A stretch of 64,000 nt of DNA, taken from assembly GCA_947446285.1 (NCBI GenBank), contig CANFGH010000004.1, forward strand, positions 12,926-76,925, in the 5' to 3' direction. The translations under genes were made by a program, and so were the position numbers. The DNA is from Chloroflexota bacterium. Its GTDB lineage: Bacteria; Chloroflexota; UBA11872; UBA12225. The number at the start of each line of letters is the position of its first letter. Within the stretch, counting starts at the first letter, position 1. The notes beneath the pieces are model-generated. The model was not told the origin of the DNA. It did not search any database and saw nothing but the letters and a program-made list of their open reading frames with translations. Of the stretch, positions 61,818 through 64,000 are shown one piece after another.

Positions 61818-62735
61818 ATGGCGAGTCTTGACACCTTGCGAACCCATCTGAAAGGCGTGACAGCCTTCCCGATCACGCCGTTCCACGCCAACCTTGACCT
61901 TGACCTCGACGGTCTCCGCCACAACGTGGACTGGATGATCAGGCACGGGATCGTGACCTTGGTCGCCGCCGGCGGAACTGGGGAGCTCTATTCCCTCACG
62001 ACCGAGGAAACAGAAGCCGTCCACCGCACGGTCATCGAAGCGGCCTCCGGTCGTGCCGCGGTCATCTGTGGAGTGGGCGGGAAACAACGTGAGTCCCAAA
62101 AACTTGCTGCAACCGCCGAAAAGGCCGGAGCGAGCGGCATCCTCATGCTCCCTCCCGCGTACGGACCCTCACCCGAGGATGGCTTGCTTGCCTTCTATGC
62201 GGGCATTGCGCAGTCGGTCCACATTGGCGTCTTGCCCTATGCCCGCGACTGGGCCGTCTTCACGCCCGAGATGGTCGAGAAACTCGCAACCACGTCACCA
62301 AATGTTGTCGCCTTCAAGGATGGTTCGGCTGACTTGCGCCTGTGGGCGCGCATTCGGGCCAGACTCGGCGACCGACTGGTTTGGGTCGGCGGGGTCGGAG
62401 ACGATATGGTGCACACCTACTTCGCAGCTGGCGCCGAGGGCTTCACCTCCAGTGTCGCGAACTTCATGCCCTGGGTAAGCCAGGAGCTGTATGACACAGC
62501 TCATCGTGGTGATTTCGCCGCAACACGTCGCATCTTTGATGAGAAGGTCGCCGAGTTCTACGCAATCCGCGCGCGACGCCGGGGTTTTGAAGTCTCAAGC
62601 GTCAAAGCTGTAATGGAACTCTGCGGCTTGCCAGCGGGTCCGGTCCGGCCACCGCTCGGCGCCCTCGGGTCCGAGGAACACGCAATCATCGCTTCGGTTG
62701 TGGCACGTCTTGGCCTCGGAGCGAAGAACCCTTAG
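61818..62735 (+). CDS. DapA-family lyase, 5-dehydro-4-deoxyglucarate dehydratase (KdgD)-like
   Basis: The segment FPITPF...LVAAGGTGELYSLTTEE and FKDG (catalytic Lys region) resemble KdgD more than DapA. Confidence 0.8.
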   Translation: MASLDTLRTHLKGVTAFPITPFHANLDLDLDGLRHNVDWMIRHGIVTLVAAGGTGELYSLTTEETEAVHRTVIEAASGRAAVICGVGGKQRESQKLAATAEKAGASGILMLPPAYGPSPEDGLLAFYAGIAQSVHIGVLPYARDWAVFTPEMVEKLATTSPNVVAFKDGSADLRLWARIRARLGDRLVWVGGVGDDMVHTYFAAGAEGFTSSVANFMPWVSQELYDTAHRGDFAATRRIFDEKVAEFYAIRARRRGFEVSSVKAVMELCGLPAGPVRPPLGALGSEEHAIIASVVARLGLGAKNP

Positions 62736-62816
62736 GCACCACCAACACACGCCGGACCTCCGCGCGAATCATCACGTGATGCGACGTTCCGAATTACTGA
62801 CTGAGGAATATCCCGC

Positions 62817-64000
62817 ATGGCACGATCACCAGGCACAGTAGCGAGTACTCCAAAACCAAACGGCTTGCGTGACCTCGTGTGGCAGGCGTTTCACCGACCT
62901 GGTTCCGCCGCGTTTGGTTTCACATCGCGGGTCACGTTCCTGATGATCAGCCTGTCCGTCGGGTCACTCATCGTCGAATCGATGCAACCCGATGCGGCCA
63001 CCGTTGCGACGCTCAACGTTATAGAGGCACTGCTCGTCGTGGTTTTCACGGCCGAGTACCTGCTTCACCTCTGGGTTGCTGAAAACCGGATCAAGTACGC
63101 CACCAGTTTCTGGGGAATTGTCGACCTGTTGGCAATCCTCCCGGCACTTTTGGCATTCCTTCCAAACGCAGGCCTTCGTGTCGTGCGCACGCTGCGGGTG
63201 CTGCGGGTGCTCCGGATGCTCAAGTTGATGAAGCTCGCCGCCGATCAGGCTCGGGCGAGTGCCCACCTCGCATCGCGAGGCAAGCCATCGGTCTTCAACG
63301 ATGCGCTCATCTACTTCATGGCGCTCTTTACCGTGTTGACAATATCCGCAACGCTTGCATATTATGCAGAGTTCGACGAGACGGCCGAGGCGACGGCAAC
63401 CACTTTCAGTTCAATCCCCCAGGCAATGTGGTGGAGCATCGTGACTATCACGACCACCGGGTATGGCGACATGGTCCCGTCAACCCTCATCGGACGGCTG
63501 ATTGCCGTGGCGACGATGTTTTCGGGACTTGCGCTCTTCGGCATCCTGACGAGTGTGATCGGGCGTGCAGTGTTGACCACGGTGTTCGGGCGTGACCCGG
63601 AGGTCGTTGAAGCTGACGACACCGATCCTGATCCAAGGTTTGCGTCCACGGTTTCACGGGTCGCAGCACCCCCCGTACCTTTGCGTGACGTCGGAATTGC
63701 GATCGCCGCGGTCATTTCCGTGATCATGCTTGTACTGGAAACGGTCCCTGGAATCTACGATTCTGCGCCGACCTTCTTCTCGTACGGTGAGATAGTTTTT
63801 GTAGCCATATTCTCGATCGAATATCTCTACAACATCACTACGGCACCATCGAAGCGTGCGTACCTGCTGAGTTTTGGTGGGCTCGTCGACCTCCTTTCGA
63901 TCCTTCCCTCGTACATGGGACTGATCGACGTCACCGGTCTGAAGGCATTCCGTGCACTGCGCGTGCTCCGTGTGCTCCGTGTCCTCAAACTGATCAAGAT
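62817..64000 (+). CDS. Voltage-gated K+ channel with a tandem second voltage-sensor repeat (partial; runs off right edge)
   Basis: My translation runs from the ATG at 62817, with GAGGA upstream. It contains S1-S4 (RVVRTLRVLRVLRMLKLMK) and pore TITTTGYGD (TTTGYGD codons 63450-63470) plus S6. A second S1-S4 (FRALRVLRVLRVLKLIK) follows from about 63691. No stop occurs before 64000. Not in the ORF track. Confidence 0.8.
   Translation, partial: MARSPGTVASTPKPNGLRDLVWQAFHRPGSAAFGFTSRVTFLMISLSVGSLIVESMQPDAATVATLNVIEALLVVVFTAEYLLHLWVAENRIKYATSFWGIVDLLAILPALLAFLPNAGLRVVRTLRVLRVLRMLKLMKLAADQARASAHLASRGKPSVFNDALIYFMALFTVLTISATLAYYAEFDETAEATATTFSSIPQAMWWSIVTITTTGYGDMVPSTLIGRLIAVATMFSGLALFGILTSVIGRAVLTTVFGRDPEVVEADDTDPDPRFASTVSRVAAPPVPLRDVGIAIAAVISVIMLVLETVPGIYDSAPTFFSYGEIVFVAIFSIEYLYNITTAPSKRAYLLSFGGLVDLLSILPSYMGLIDVTGLKAFRALRVLRVLRVLKLIK

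Noticed and set aside
1-64000. Mobile elements, prophage, defence islands, rRNA/tRNA genes and CRISPR arrays.
   Set aside because: I recognised no transposase, integrase, recombinase, Cas, restriction or toxin-antitoxin motifs, no inverted terminal repeats and no cloverleaf-like tRNA sequence in the intergenic gaps. Apart from the spacer at 54.0-54.3 kb, composition looks uniform.

Overview
This is a GC-rich bacterial chromosomal segment with strong GC3 bias and dense coding on both strands. Many long antisense shadow ORFs in the supplied track are not genes. I support about 60 protein genes. I recognised no rRNA, tRNA, CRISPR array, transposase, integrase or prophage genes. The content is core metabolism plus accessory transport and sugar oxidation.

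Main gene content:
- An 11-gene complex I operon, nuoA-B-C-D-H-I-J-K-L-M-N, with no nuoEFG (42.7-54.0 kb).
- Housekeeping genes metG, queF, bcp, gpsA, mutM, a CCA-adding enzyme and an ABC-F ATPase.
- Five MFS transporters.
- Four Gfo/Idh/MocA oxidoreductases, plus an enolase-superfamily dehydratase, a KdgD-like lyase, aldose and rhamnose mutarotases and a PQQ sugar dehydrogenase.

Most interesting observations:
1. A MarR-linked 1,879-codon ORF (23001-28637) encodes a complete 12-TM RND pump. It continues in frame into an extra TM/lipobox segment and a periplasmic adaptor whose coiled coil is roughly 490 aa long.
2. A 75-codon SelW/Rdx-family gene (7549-7776, minus) is hidden from the ORF track. 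Its redox motif is C-T-S-U with an in-frame TGA, followed by a SECIS-like hairpin.
3. NuoC carries an N-terminal CxxC..CxxC..HH..C zinc-finger (prokaryotic RING-like) domain and a Pro/Ala linker.
4. A voltage-gated K+ channel at the right edge (62817 to beyond 64000, not in the ORF track) has a complete 6-TM TTTGYGD repeat. A second homologous voltage-sensor repeat follows in the same polypeptide.
5. An orphan FliD-like Thr/Ser-rich protein has no flagellar neighbours.

The phylum cannot be proven from this window. The gene style (nuo without EFG, frequent GTG/TTG starts) is compatible with a Chloroflexota-like or similar high-GC lineage, which is a low-confidence inference. All family calls rest on motif and pattern recognition by eye, and no database search was run.
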